DNA from: Epiperipatus broadwayi
Taxonomy: Eukaryota; Animalia; Onychophora
Direction of reading: 5' to 3'
DNA: 64,000 nucleotides
NCBI GenBank assembly: GCA_028023455.1
Contig: JAQFVV010000004.1
Location: forward strand, 15,562,001-15,626,000
In this document: positions 33,891 through 48,587 of the stretch, piece after piece
How the letters are laid out: every line of letters begins with the position of its first letter
Numbering within the stretch: the stretch's first letter is position 1
The notes under the pieces: generated by a model
Told to the model about the DNA's origin: nothing
The model's input: the letters and a program-made list of their open reading frames with translations, nothing else
Database searches by the model: none
Program-made: the position numbers and the translations under genes

Positions 33891-36800
33891 TTAATTTTAT
33901 TTTTAGTAGTGATGCCTTTCAGAGATTGTATAATATTTTACTTTCTTTCCACAAGTCGCGTTTATATGTATTACATTATCTGGCTCTAGCAAATGATGAA
34001 TTTGTTTATTTTATTATCTTATTTGTTTGTTTATTTGAATGTGTGAAAAACTGATATGATAAATTTGTTTTGAGTTTGTAAAAAAAAAATTGGTATCATG
34101 CTGACCTGTTTCATTTTATAATTATTATAAAGTATAAAAGATTTTTTTAATTAGTAAATATTATAATAGTGTATTGTACTTAAAGATTGATTGCTACAAC
34201 AAATGTTAAATATGTAAACAGATACTAAGTCTGTCAGACGTAAAATTAAAGACGGTTCCTTACTCATGACTTGAATCTCCATGCGAACAGTTTCGTCAAT
34301 TAAACATCATCATTGTGTTTATCAGTTTGATAAGTATAATTGAACATTGTATAAATCAATCATATTTAATGTAAAGTGTAAAGATATTTTACCATACTAT
34401 GAAAGTTAAAAATAATCATTTCACTTTCAACTTTAAAGCTATTTTATAATAAATGACTTGGGATATGAGGCAATCAGCATAAAACATTAAAGATGAAATT
34501 GTTCAGATGAAAAATTTTCAATTTTTCAGTCTGATAGAACATTCTATCTTGTCTATTTACATCTTTTAACATTGGTTGTTTAACTGTTAATGGTATTTCT
34601 TCTTTAAAGATACATTATAAGCTTCGAACCATAAAATATCTTTCTCACAAGATTCAAAGATGAATATTCATAGAAGATGCTGGGAATGAAAAATGAAATC
34701 ATTATACACAAATTTGAGACAGACACATTCTAATTTGCAACCAGTTTGCATTATCATTAACTTTACATGAAAAATAAATAGTTTAGTCAGTTGCTTAGAA
34801 AGTCTTGTGACATTTGACAACTGATCACTAAGTTTACTAAACTATGTACTCTTATTTTATTTACCTCAGAAGGAATATATTCAGGAAATTTTTGCACTTA
34901 CACTGCCGTAATCAGCACTTGTTGCTAGTGTATAGTTTTACATTTTAATTTTTATTACTGAAAATAATATAATTTGTATTTTTCTATTTATTTCCTTGGT
35001 TATTTTGAAAATATGCATTATCAAAATGTTAAATTATACTTATTTTAACAAGAACTCATCAAACTACCTGTTTAAAACAATGTGATAATGCTAAAGCGGC
35101 TCTCTACACTAGTTCCATCTATTAATAATTGATGTTTTAAGCTTCTGCTAGATGGCACTAGAGTAAAGAAATGTTCTTGTATTATTAATATTTATTTTAT
35201 ATTGCCTGTGTTCATTATGTTGTTTTGTTGGTGGTCATGTCCATATAAATCTTCTGATTTATTTTATGCTGTATTCAAAACATTGTTTTGTATAGTGAAA
35301 GAAATTTTATATTAAATGCTCAACTTGTAAAACTGTGTTCACTTGTAAATACAGATAAAATACCATTAATTCCAAATCCATTGTTCTGTGGGGGTCAGAA
35401 TTATGCTTTTTTTTATTTCAAGAATAAGTCTTTTACCCCTTTATTGTAAACCTAAATTCTGCTAAGAATTAAAAAAAAAAAACAGTTAATTACTGCAATT
35501 AGTCTTTTTAAATTATAATTATTTAGTGACCCCACCTCTCTATTTTGTTTGCAAATGTGTGTCCAAACAAATTTATTCATTGTAAAAGACTAAAGATCAC
35601 CTTGGAAAACTTGTTTGGAGAAATTTTTGAATAATAGATATTTGGATTAATGGTATTCTACCTGTATAAAATTAGAATGTATCATTACTTAAATTGAAGA
35701 AATTTAAGTTGGTTATTCCAATATATTTAGCAAATTGATTTTATATTTATAGAAAAGAAGTTCCTAATGAATTTGATTAGTAAGCCAAATATTTTAGAAT
35801 TTCAAGCTATTTAAACAATAATAAGTACAAAGAAAGTGCTCAAATTAGGATATATTAATAATAAAAAAATGTATTTGTTAATAAATAATATTTAAATGAA
35901 TGCAATATTTTTTTTTAATATTTAATATTAACAATAAAAATATCTGAATCAAATGTAAAGTATTATTCTAGTTAACCATATTTTAAGAACTTATAAAATT
36001 GCAAGAATTTAGATTTCTTTTACTGCATTATTATATTATAACGTTATTTAACTAATTACTCATATATATTAGATATTTAAATGAATGATATAATGATCTG
36101 CAGATAACAAATTTGTTATGCCCAAATATCTGCCCTAGCTCTAATTGCAGTAGTAAATGGAGTATAATCTATATTTATTTCTATTATATCATGTTCAGAC
36201 AGGATTAATTTTATAAACAAATTTCTAAATTTGATATATAACTGAAAGCCATTTTTTTTTAGAAATATTTTGAAATTGTTGAATTGAATCGACTGTATAT
36301 TTGATCATCAAATATTTCCCGATAGTAATAGACATTTGAAATCGGACTCATTCATCGCATTTGATATTTGTAAAAATTGTATAAAGTTTATTAATTTTTT
36401 ACAGTATTTTTTTCTATCATGGTTTTCATTGAAATATTATATTCTGTAACATTTCAGTATTGTTTGCTTAAATAAGAAATGTATTATCGATTTTGCGTAA
36501 ACATGAATAGACTATATGAGAAACTTCAATGTTATTGGATATTAAAATCAAGATCTTTGAAGTTAAAAGATTTTTAATAATATTATTAACCCACCCTCAC
36601 AGTACTGAATATTAAAAATAAATCATGGTAATTTAATAATGATAAATTTTCCACGTATGGTACTCTTTTTAACATAATCATTTACAATTTAGGAACATGT
36701 TTGTGCGATTTAAATTTAAAAATTGTTTAATTTTCATTATTTTTTCGTTGGTTTGTTTCTGTGCGAATGCTATGTATAATGATATTTTTAAGTAAACGTA

Positions 36801-39267
36801 CATAATGAATAAAGATAATTTCAGACTGATTTTGTTGCAGTTAAATGACTGCAATTAGTATTAAAGAAAAAATTTACAACTACTTATTTTAAAGAAACTA
36901 CTCCTAAGATCCGTCAACTTTATATTCCTAAATATCAGATACAAAAAGTAATGCCCTCTTTAGGCACAAATATGAATCATTTTGAATGTTCTTCTGCTTC
37001 TTGTGTTTTTATAGTTCTTATTTACTGACATACGGATGAATCCTAACAAGAAACTAATTTAAAGGAACGCTTTTTTCTTCATTACGAAAAAAGAAAACGT
37101 TTATCAAGTGAGGTAACATTTCAGATATATTTTTACTGAAAACATTCGTTCAGTAATTACTCTCAATTGATTCTGCACTAGAGAGGTGGGAAAATAAAGT
37201 AAAATGAAGTGATTTTATGCTGATAAAAATTATTTACGCAATTTTTAATAAAATTAATGAAAGTATTTTTCACAATTATTATATTATAAAATTGTTAAAT
37301 GCGTACTATGTAACTCATTTTAAAATTGTTATTTCAATATCTTTACTAATTTTGCAATTTATCTCTTAAAGTTGTAATTATTATAATTCTATATATATAT
37401 ATCATTTTTAGGGGGGGGGGGGAATCAATAAATAAATACAAATAGAGCATTGCATGATTAAGGATGGTGTTGAATGTAAAAATTTTGATTCAATGTTTTT
37501 TTTTTAAGAAATATGTTTTTAAATATGGAATCCCTTCAACAGATATTAGCAATATTATTTACATTATATAAGAAGTCATACACTCATTAAAATTTTAGGC
37601 AGGTGGGCAACAGCTTTGCTACAAAAATTGGGATCAAAGGCAAAGGTCTTAACCCTCTCCAATTTTAAAATACTACATGTTTGATATTTATTTTCACAAA
37701 TATTTTTAATTATTTATCATATGAAATTAATTAATAAACTCACCAATTTTTAAAATCTTCCCTTTTCACCTTTGCTATTTGCAGAATCACGAATTATTTT
37801 TTTCCTAACTATTTTAGAATGCCTCCTTATGCTCAATTGCAAGATCTTTAAGTCTGGTTTGACCAATTGAATTTCTTTTTGAAATGTTTTATTTTACTGA
37901 AACTTAAAATGAAAAATAACAGGAAACTATATATATTTAAATTCATTTTTTAAACAATAGTGTTTTGTAATTACTAATTTTGAAAATTGCTTGATTACTT
38001 CTTCTTTTTTGTAAGATAATTCAATAAGAAATCACTTGAGTTAACTATTATTTCATTAAGTTATTTTAAGAATTTGAAAATATCAAAAAAAAAACATATG
38101 ACTGTCTCACTTGACCATAGACATTGCTTCCTTTCTGATGTGATAGCTACACAATTGAATATATATCAATTCAGTAAGTCATTCCATATTGGTTGACAAC
38201 TAGATATCTGACTATTATTGGCTAGAAGATCTATGATTATAATATGATGTAAGGTTCATTTCTACTGGAGAATCTAGCACACTCTACAAACACTGAGTCC
38301 ATGGTTACTTTTACATATTAATATCTTATTAAAGGTGAAAACATATAACAACTGTATTGTGGGTTGTATATTTTATTAATGGCCAACAAATTAATAGTAC
38401 TAATGATTACAATATTTTAAAATCCTTCAAACTCCATTGCAATTAAATGTTGTAAATTGTCATATATATTTTTGATTACATTGCTTTTAAATTTTAATAT
38501 TGTGCTGAAATGAATGGAATTGATTCCAAACAATTGCATATTAGCAACTTTCTCTTATTCTTGGATACTAGGATCAGTCTTTTGTGAATGAAATTATAAT
38601 TAAAGTTTGTTTAATTCATTGGAAAGGATGTAGTTTTAATAATTACAGTGTGGATTTTGTTATTTAACAAATCCAAGTTTTCTGAAGTTTGAATAAAAGA
38701 GACCTGTGAGACCTATATAGTAAATACAAATGGTTGAGAAATCATGGGACATTCAACCACTGAAAGTGATATGATTTGATCCAGGAATTTTTTTAGCTCT
38801 AAATTTCATCACTATTAATATGCTAAATCACAGATACTGATGTCATTTGTTGACAATGTTTTATTTGTTTATTAATTTTTAATCATTTTTTAAATAATAA
38901 GCTTGCTGTGGTTAAAATATATATAATCTATTATTTATACATTGATGGTTGATCAATTTATTTGCAGTTTTAAAATGAATGGAAATAACTTTTTTTCTAT
39001 AAATTTAATTATCAGTCAATTCAAATCAGTTTGCATTAAATATCTCAATTGATTCAACATTCTTTCCTCTGCCTGTTGGGATGCAAGTTAAATATCTTGG
39101 TAATAAATTAAGAAGTTGCCATTTTTTGATTGAGTTAGGGCATCTCAATTGGTTATATTAATGGTATTTGAAATGTGTCACTTTAACTGTTATGTATATA
39201 TATAATTCTGTTATTATATAAAGAGCTCACAAAATAAGCTCTTAACAAGTTTTGAGAATATCCTCAA

Positions 39268-39305
39268 CCCCAGACTGGTTTCTGCTTCTGGCGGCATCAG
39301 TGAGG
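39268..39305 (-). ncRNA. Degenerate family-1-like hammerhead motif
   Basis: cctca CTGATGC cgc cagaa gca GAAA ccag TC tgggg, with outer pairing gaatatcc/ggatattc. Confidence 0.55.
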
Positions 39306-40384
39306 TTTCTGGATATTCAGCAATAGATTAAAAATACTAGGACAAACCCAGCACTTTATCTAATGTATAATTATTAAGTAAAAAATCTGAAATTGTCAGA
39401 CATCCACATGTCTTCCAATCCAGCTATCTAACTCAAATAGCTAGGAGCTTATTTTGCAAGCTCTATATATAACATTTGTAAATACAAGCTTTATTAAATT
39501 AAGTCATGTGACATCTGACTTGATTTTTTTTTAGCAATATATAATTCTAATGTTTTCATGGATGAATGATGAATTCATAGTATTCTTACCAGGAGTTTCC
39601 GTGTAATAAAAATATAATAACTAAATAGCTGATGTTTCAGTACAATAACAAGTACTTTCCTCAGGGCTTCATCTTTCTTAAATCATTTTTATACTATATA
39701 TATATATCATGGTAGCCATTCTCAAATGAATATGACAATTTTAACTCCAAGTGGAAAAGAAAAATATAGAAATAGAAGTTGCCTAACAGCATTAATCAAA
39801 AAAACAAAAAAATTATAAATGTCTGCAGCTTTATTTGTTCGCAACGCTTGATATTAATTCCAAAATCATAGAAACTTGATAAAAATTTGCACATATATTT
39901 TTAATATCTGTAGTAAATGTCATTATTAACTGATATTTAAAATGCGAAAGTATAGCAAAAGTATATATATTTTATGGCATTATATTACTTCATTCAATTT
40001 TAAAGAAGTTCAGAGATTAGAAGATTAATTGCAACATTATAAAAATATATTAACTCTACATTTAGATTGTTGTAATATGCTGTAAATTTGGAAAAGTCTT
40101 TATAAAGAACTTAGGAGATTTGATAAATAAACTAACCATCATTAATTATTAGGGAAAGGTGCAGAATGACCTTACTGTGATATCTGAATGGAGAAATAAG
40201 TTTATGCTGATGAAAAAGTTTTCCACATATAAATAGAGAAATATAACCATGCCTTATCTTTTTTTTTTCAATGATATTTGAGTATGAAATAAAAAAGAGA
40301 ACTGGCTGTCAGTAAGCATTAAACTGAGAATTCTGCCAGAAGTGAGCTAATGCTTTATAATAACTATGAAACAGAATGATATGT

Positions 40385-40604
40385 AAGTAAGATCTGGAAT
40401 ATTTTGAAATTTTAAACTGGATTCCAAGAGATTGTAAAACACCCAGAAACATACCACATGTGAGATGGATGGATGAAATAAGAAAGTGTGCAGGGGTGAT
40501 GTGGAGAAGAGAAGCTAAAGATAGGAAAAGATGGATTGAACTTGAAGAGACCTTCATCCTGCAGTGGATTGATAATGGTTGTTGTTGATGATGATGATGA
40601 TGAT
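40385..40604 (+). mobile_element. RTE-like LINE 3' fragment
   Basis: Closely similar to 29385-29573 and ends in (TGA)n. Confidence 0.85.
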
Positions 40605-40715
40605 ACCAAAATGTTAATACACTTTTATATGATGATCTTCTGATTAAATAAAAAAAAAAATACTTAATATAATAATCTTTATCATTGATGGAGAGGTTCA
40701 TGTAAATACTAATCT

Positions 40716-40955
40716 ATAGTTTACTTTTTGTTAAAATCATTAAGGATTTGGAATCAAGCATAAGATTAGTCAGCAGGTATCATCTTTATAAATAGATGAC
40801 TAGAGCTAGAATAACATGGAAAAGACAGATAATCTTAGCTATAGTAATTTATTTATAAAGGTCATACATATTTATGTGTAAAATGATTGCCATTGACTAA
40901 TCTTATGCTTAAGTTAATTCCAAACCCTTAAGGTTTTAACAAAAAGTGAACTATG
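40716..40955. mobile_element. Foldback/MITE-like element
   Basis: Inverted arms of about 55 bp (atagtttactttttgttaaaa...aagcataagattagtca). Confidence 0.65.
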
Positions 40956-41539
40956 AATTCTTCTCCACTAGTGATGAAGACTATTGTATTAAGTACTTAT
41001 TATTTTTATAAGTCAGCAGATCATCTGTTATCTGACCAAATTAAAAACCAATTTACTGACTCATATGGAAAGATGAGCTAGGTTGGCTACGGAGCAATTA
41101 CTTAAAAGTAAAATCCAAAGTCTATTTGTGATCTGAAAAAATTTACAAAATTCATTCAGTCCTAAATCCAACTTCAGATTATGGTTTTGGAAGGAGGAGA
41201 CTCATTAATATTGTTGAATCATGGGAAGGATTTTAAGACAATCAAATTTAATTAAATCTTGAATTTTGACTTAGGTAATTCAGAAACTTAAAACTGTTAA
41301 TATTTATTTATTTATTTTGGTTTGTAAAGTTTGAATATTAAAAGTCCCCCCACCCCATTATTAAATTATTTTTGCCCACTTGAAAGATGTTAATTGACAA
41401 CCCGTCATAAATTTAAAACAACAACGACAATATTTATTTAATAATTAACTTTTTTGTCTTCATATTTAAAATTTCAACTTTATTTTTTATTAAAAATTAC
41501 TGAAATATAACTTTTCAGTTTTCAGCTGATTATTAATAA

Positions 41540-41630
41540 TTTAAGCTTGTGGTTAAGACCTGTAGACGTCCCTACTATCATATTTTTACGCGCACATGCT
41601 TGAGGTTAGAGCCTTAGTAAATATTAATAA
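41540..41630 (+). repeat. Dispersed repeat related to the 47165 foldback
   Basis: aagcttgtggttaagacctgtaga...ccttagtaaatatt is the reverse complement of the 47165-47250 arm. Confidence 0.7.
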
Positions 41631-44600
41631 CTAAAAAAACATTCTGAAGGGTTAATTGAATATAGATGATAAATAATTATAATAAATAAATATTAAATTA
41701 CTCATGTATGATATGAAAAGCACTGAAGATTCCCTCTACTTAAGATTCATTGGATATTATGAAATCTCTAAATATAGTATTTATTGGTCATTTTGCAGTA
41801 AATAGCAATTATGTAAACTAACTAGACAACACATCATTGGATATATACATTAATATTAAAATCCTCAAAGAGGGAAGTATTGCCATAAAATATATTTATC
41901 TACATGAATTGTGACCAAGAGTGGTTCCAAGAATGAGATAGCTCATAACACAACTAAAATCTTAGAATATTAATAAAAGCATTTATCCTCTTCCTATTTT
42001 ATTGCTATTGCCATCTATTGTAAATTTGAGGTATCAGAGGCTCTTAGATGTTAATGAAACTTAATCTCTATCATTAGACTGTTTTCTTGTTTTTGCATTT
42101 ATCTATGAAGACTTGAGTTTTAAGGCTGAAGCCTATATTGTTATCTGGCAGCCATCTTTAATTCCGTTTTTACTATCAAGATTTTAATTTACAGTGGAAG
42201 GCATTCGAATAGTTTTATTAATGTCCATTTTATATGGAACTAATTACAGAAAATTAATATTATTACATAATATGAAGTATTGATAAGATAATTTATAAAT
42301 AATAACTAAAGTGTTTTGAAAAATACCATATATTTTTTAGTGAAAATATAAAGTACCCCCCTCTTCCCAAATGGGAGCACTGAATTAGTCTGCTCTAATG
42401 TTAATTCAACCATATTATATAAATGTATCAAATTAAAACATAAGAAGTTTTGTTGAGTGATTTATCATTAAAGTATATATATATATGTTATAAATATAAA
42501 AAATATATAATTTTTAAAAATATGTAGATAACTATTATTTATGCCATTGGTAATTTAATGTTAAATGAGAGAATGAGCTGTTCCAGTCTTCCATTTTATA
42601 TCTTTTCACCAGTCTTCCATTTTATATCCTTTCAAAGATGATATAATTCATAAAGTATCAACACTTAAATTTGTATATATAAATTTGGCATTAGTTCTGA
42701 TACAGAACTTTATATTTCATATTTAAACTTATTACTAATTAAAACACGGTCTGTTTGTAGAGCTTTTAGGCCTCAAAAAAAAAAAGAGAGAGAGAGAGAT
42801 CTTACATTATTAGTATATACCAGTAACTTTCTATTAAATTAGTTATTATATAGTTGATGAATTTCCTTTTTAAGAGCAAAATTGTACTCAGTCTTGAATT
42901 ATTCCCTAACAATATTAGAAACTTCAAGCTGAGTCATTTAATAAATTGATATTATACTAGGAATTAGTTTGCCTCTTTCTCCACATGTAATTATGCATCT
43001 TTGAAGATAAGGGGAATGATTGTGTAGATTTGGCATAGCATGGTGAAAACAATGGAACAGAAGGTCATTGTGGCTCTATTTGTAAAATATTATGATGCTT
43101 TTTTTTTTTACCAACCACAATTTTTTTTACCAATTATAATTATTAGTTTTATATGAAATTTCTTATTAAATCAATCTATTATGGCAGAACATCTTTGAAT
43201 AAATGCAGTAATTAAAAAATGTATTAAGCATGAGAATAATATTTCAACATACCCACTATATTGAATATAATTATTGTCATGGTTGGTTTAGATAATTGTC
43301 ATCTAAATAAATATCTTTTATATGTATAATAAAACTTTTAATGAAGCAAATTAATATATATTTAATTAAAAACAGAAGATTAAAATTTGATCACATTATA
43401 CTTACTAATTGATTACAAAATAAGAAGTTATACTAGGAAAAAAAATATTACTATGATCTCTAGTATTTTTTTTATAATTTACATAAACAATAAAAGATTA
43501 GTATAAATTAGAAATGGTCAATACAATCAACTATAATTGTTTTAAGGCTCAAAATGCTAATTATAAATTAGCTTTTAATTAATAATATATTTTTTTAATA
43601 ATAATCAGATAAAGATAATTTACATATTACCTAATTTCACTCTATACTTATTAAATTAAACGTATAAAAAAAAAATCCTATAAAATTCCGATTATGTTTC
43701 CTCTGAATGACTTATCCTGATGATTATATATGAATATAATGGATATATGTTATATATAAGTGAAAAATTATATAGTTATAAAAGTATAGTAAATAATATA
43801 TACTGTTATAAAATATAATAATTTTATTGATGGTTGTGCAAGAGATCATCTGCCATTTGAATTCTAAATAGCAGATTGTGCACAGTAGTTCTAGTCAAAT
43901 TATTGCTACTTAATTTACAAGTGTTAAATTTTTTGTAACCACACATTTGAAAAAATTCACATTAGATAAGTAGATTTATGATTATTATTAATCATTTATT
44001 AAGCTAGAGAATATATCATTTCTATCCCAAATATAAACTTTAAACTTAATTAAAGATTAATATATACAACCACAAGATATTGTTAATCCAGCTCTTTTCT
44101 CGTGTGTAATATGCTACAATAGGGAAATTATGGAAAAGATGAATAAAAATATCCTAATTATTTTACATTTGACCCAGTTTACAACTTCCTATGTGTCTTT
44201 ATCATCTTCATTTAGTATTTATCAATAGCAAATTTATTTAAACATTGATAGTTAATAAATACTGCATAGATTATGTTGGTGATGATAATATATTAGAGAT
44301 CCTGACCTTGGTCACCTGAAATGTTCTGGTTCAGTCAGAAATACATCTTAAGAGATCATTTTTTCAAATATCTTTACTCATATATTTAAAATATGTGGTA
44401 AACAAAAGTTTTTAAGTATATATAGTTTTATTAAATTAACCAAACAGATTTTTGTTTTATTTCATTCAGTTAAAAATTGAGCCAGAAACCACTTGCTCTT
44501 GAGTCCAACATTGTTTTACTGCACAAGGGCTTTATTTTAATTATTTTTCAAGATATTTTATATATTTATCATTAGTAATACAATTTTATTTATATTATGT

Positions 44601-47164
44601 GATATTAGTATTTATTAAAATAAAAAGTGAAGATCTTTTTTGCATTGCATTTTACAAACATAGTCGTCAAAGGCTACAAGCAATATGCTATACCACATGA
44701 AATTTTCAAAAGCCTTGATTTTCTAGAATTTTATAAATTGAACACATCTCAATACCTTTATTAATGAATCTGTATTTTGCAACAAAAATAATATGATTTT
44801 GCTCACATAGTGTTCATATTTGTGTTCCTTGTTTTGTGTTACTGTTATCTTGTACTGGTTGTAGTATAAATATAATCAGTTTTATTTTTTTTATTTTTAG
44901 ATGATTTTATGGTTATATATATATATTTTTGTGTATGCAAATATAATAGTTTTTGTAAGTAAATAAAAAAAATGCAATTTATTTTACTATAATAACTGAT
45001 TCTAATTTTTTTTAAAAAAAGTTTCTAACCAATCCCAGTTATAAGTAAGCAGTAATAATTGTATTCTAAATGCAAACAATTTATTACTCCATTTATTGCA
45101 ATTTTATGTTTGTACTTTTCTACTTTTTTATACAAATATATATTTTTTAAATAATATTTATAATAAAAAGAAATCAAATTTGGAACCTTAATTATATCAT
45201 AAAAACACTTTTCTCATGAGCAGTATAAAACCACATTGAGGCTTTTAGAGTTGAGTTTATTTAGACCCTGCAATAAAATTAAATATATAATAATGGATTT
45301 AACACATTGTTAAATGATTAGCAACAATGTGTGAATATAAAAAGTACAATAGTAATTATACAATTATGATTATAAAGTATATTTAAAAAGTAATTGTCAT
45401 TTAAAAACATTTTTTAAATAAACTGTTAGATTTTTTTCTTGTTTAAAAAGACAAATTAATTCTGATCTTTACACTAATGGTATAGACAAAAATAAAATGT
45501 TGTAGATTTCTGCAAATGGAAGTAAATAAAGTAGTGATTGAGTCCTACCTTAATTTCCTGTTTTGTTCTTATAAAGGATGTATTACATACTAGTTTTTTA
45601 ACTTATTAAAATAAATTTGGTAATATTTTTGGTATTTGATATTAGATATTTATGTCTTAAAAGTTTGAGGTAAGAGAATAAAATGGAAATAATATATACA
45701 ATGAATAATGTCTTATGATCAATTAATTTATTAATAAAAAAATTTAGTTTGTTTGTTTTACTCTAACAATATCTTAATTTTTTGCATAACACCATAAGAG
45801 TTTCTTCTTTTTTTTTTTATTTATTTAACTTTTATTGTTTAGTTACAAAATTCACAAATCACATGATCAGGTGAATTTTTAAATAATTTTATATATATAT
45901 ATTATTTTACTTTTGATTGTTTTGACTTTATTCAGACTATAATCATACTTCTAGTAGATATTTTTATGTTTTCCAATTTATTCATTTTCTAAATATTACT
46001 TATTTCTAGAAATGAATTATTATAATTTTGCAAATATTTCAAAATTATAATTAAACCTGCAATGGAGATCTAAGTCTATTTAGAGTTTCTTTAATTTCCG
46101 TTTTATAACACTTCAAAATATTTTATGGTTAATTTTTTTGTAGAACACTGGGAGCAAATAAAATTTTGGTTATTTTTGCAGTGAGTTTTAATTTAAGACA
46201 TTTATTTGAATCTCTAGTTAATTATCTTTGAAAACACATCATTATTTTTAAAGTATATTAATAGAAGAAAATGTAATTATTTCAGACATTACTAAATGTA
46301 TAATTAATTGATTGATGGTATTAGTGTATGCTTTGAAAATATATTTTCACATATTTTTATGATATTTTGTCTTTGTTAATAAAGTTAAAAGACAGCTTTG
46401 AAAAATATCAAATAAATAAACTAAAAAAACCAGGATGTTGGACATGTGTTTTACAGCTTGGTTTGTGTGCTCATAATAAAGTTCATATTAACTTTTATCC
46501 TTTACATATATTTTTTTAATTTGGAATTAAAATAGCATGTTTGTTTACAAATGTTGGCTAATGAATAATAAACAAGCTAAAAGTACCATTAATACATATT
46601 ATTTTCCATTTCATTTTACTTTGCTGCAATTTAAAATAAAAATTCTAATTTTATAAAGTTTAAAATCTTGATGTTAATGGTCATCATAAAAATAAACTTA
46701 TTGCATTTTTTTAAATATTCTTATTAAAAAATTTTTTTACTTATATTATCATTATGTTTTTATATATGTAATATTGTAATGGTCATATATATTATAGTCA
46801 TTCAAATTATAAATGTATTTTAAATAATGTAATCATGTTTAATATTTTAATAAAAAATATTTTTATTATTATTTATTCATTGTGTTTATTTTACCAATTG
46901 TATAATTTTTGAATTTTTATTTATTTATACATACATGTGCACTTATAAATTAATAGATAGAAATATGCAGGTCAATGATAGTATAAAACTTTTATATCAC
47001 AAACAGATTCTGCTATGTCCTATGGATATTTAAAATATCAGCCAGGAACCTTCAGTTGTTATTAATAAACTTGATCACAGTTTAGTAACAAAGTATTTAT
47101 TTAACAATAATAATAAAGTAACAAAATAAAGACATGGAAAGTCCATTTCACTTAAATAAGTATG

Positions 47165-47375
47165 TAATATTTACTAAGGCTGTAACCTCAGGAATATGCA
47201 TCTGAAAAATGCAAAAGTAGTGACCTCTACAGGTCTTAACCACAAGCTTATGCCTTGGAAGAAAAGAGGGGAACCTACCTTTACATTTTTCAGAAGTATA
47301 TTTCTGAAGTTACAGCCTTAATAAATATTACTTAATATAATAATGTGCGTTTAAAATAAATTTATAATTACAACT
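47165..47375 (+). mobile_element. Foldback element with a 44-nt tail
   Basis: Inverted arms of about 55 bp, ending at 47331. TSD-like ttaaataagtatg / ttaagtaagtatg. Confidence 0.7.
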
Positions 47376-47879
47376 TTAAGTAAGTATGATTTATCTGCTA
47401 GTTGTATTTAGCATTTCATGCACTAAGGGTAAGAATAAATACACATTTGGAGTTTATAATTCCATAGTCACATTAAACACTGATGTGCTTGATCTATTTA
47501 TATATGTATAGTGTAATATATTCCCATATAAGATTTATATTTAAACAAAAAAAACTTTCCATGTATCTACATTTTGCTTTCTGCATAAGCTTGTTTTATT
47601 TTATTTTGAAACATTTATTTTAAAAAATTGATAAAACACTTTCAGATTATTTCCTTTAATTGCAAATAAATCATTCAAGTAAATTATATATAAATATCAA
47701 GGGAATTTTAATCATAAACCAAATCTCAATTAAGCTTCTTTAATTATTTATTTGTGTATATCTTTAGTTAGATTATTAAAAAAAATTGTTGGGAGTTTTT
47801 ATATATATGTATTCAATGTTCATAAATTTTTGTTCAAAATTATTTAAAATATTTTTGAAAAATTATTCATTTAATAGCA

Positions 47880-48470
47880 GGAGTTCTAGATCATGTTAAA
47901 AGATATGTGTACAACTCTACAAAAATTATATAAAGGCAATCCAATATCACATCACATGGAAGTCATTCTAAAAGGGTCAAAATAATGCTGACATCAAGGC
48001 AGTGGTCTTAAAAAGATCTTAATATTTATTAAAATAAATGTAAAAAACGTATACTTTTAAATCAACTTTTGTAGGCTTCAGACATCTCATCTATTCATAA
48101 AAACCAAGTTTTCTAAGCAGTTAAATTTAAACTTGTTTGGCTAGAAATTGATAAAGTAGGAAGGGGTCTTGATTGTTGGTTCCTTATCCAAAGTCTTGCC
48201 AATGTATCCATTGATATTTCATCTATACTTGCCAGAAATATTAGTCATCTTAGCCTACCATTACTGAAGAAAGTCCAGGAAACAATTGTTTACTTTGCTA
48301 TATGGAATAACCAAGCATGACATTCTAAGAACTATTTCATCTTGTAGTTAAGAAGCAAGTACAATAGACTTTCTCATAACTAAGGTTCAAAATTTGTCTT
48401 AATAGAATTTTAATTGCCTATTGAACATTTTAAATTTCATTAACTTTGAGATGATAAAGTACTGTTTACA
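47880..48470 (+). mobile_element. Decayed L1-like 3' remnant
   Basis: Only the IVYFAIWNN motif, resembling the L1/Tx1 C-terminal IW..RN; otherwise degenerate. Confidence 0.3.
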
Positions 48471-48587
48471 AAGCCTTTAAGAAAATTGGACTTTAGTTAA
48501 ATGTTAATAAAGGCCAAATTATATTTTTGTATACATTTATTATTACTATACTATGTTCTCTCTTCTTTTATTTTTATTAATATTTAG

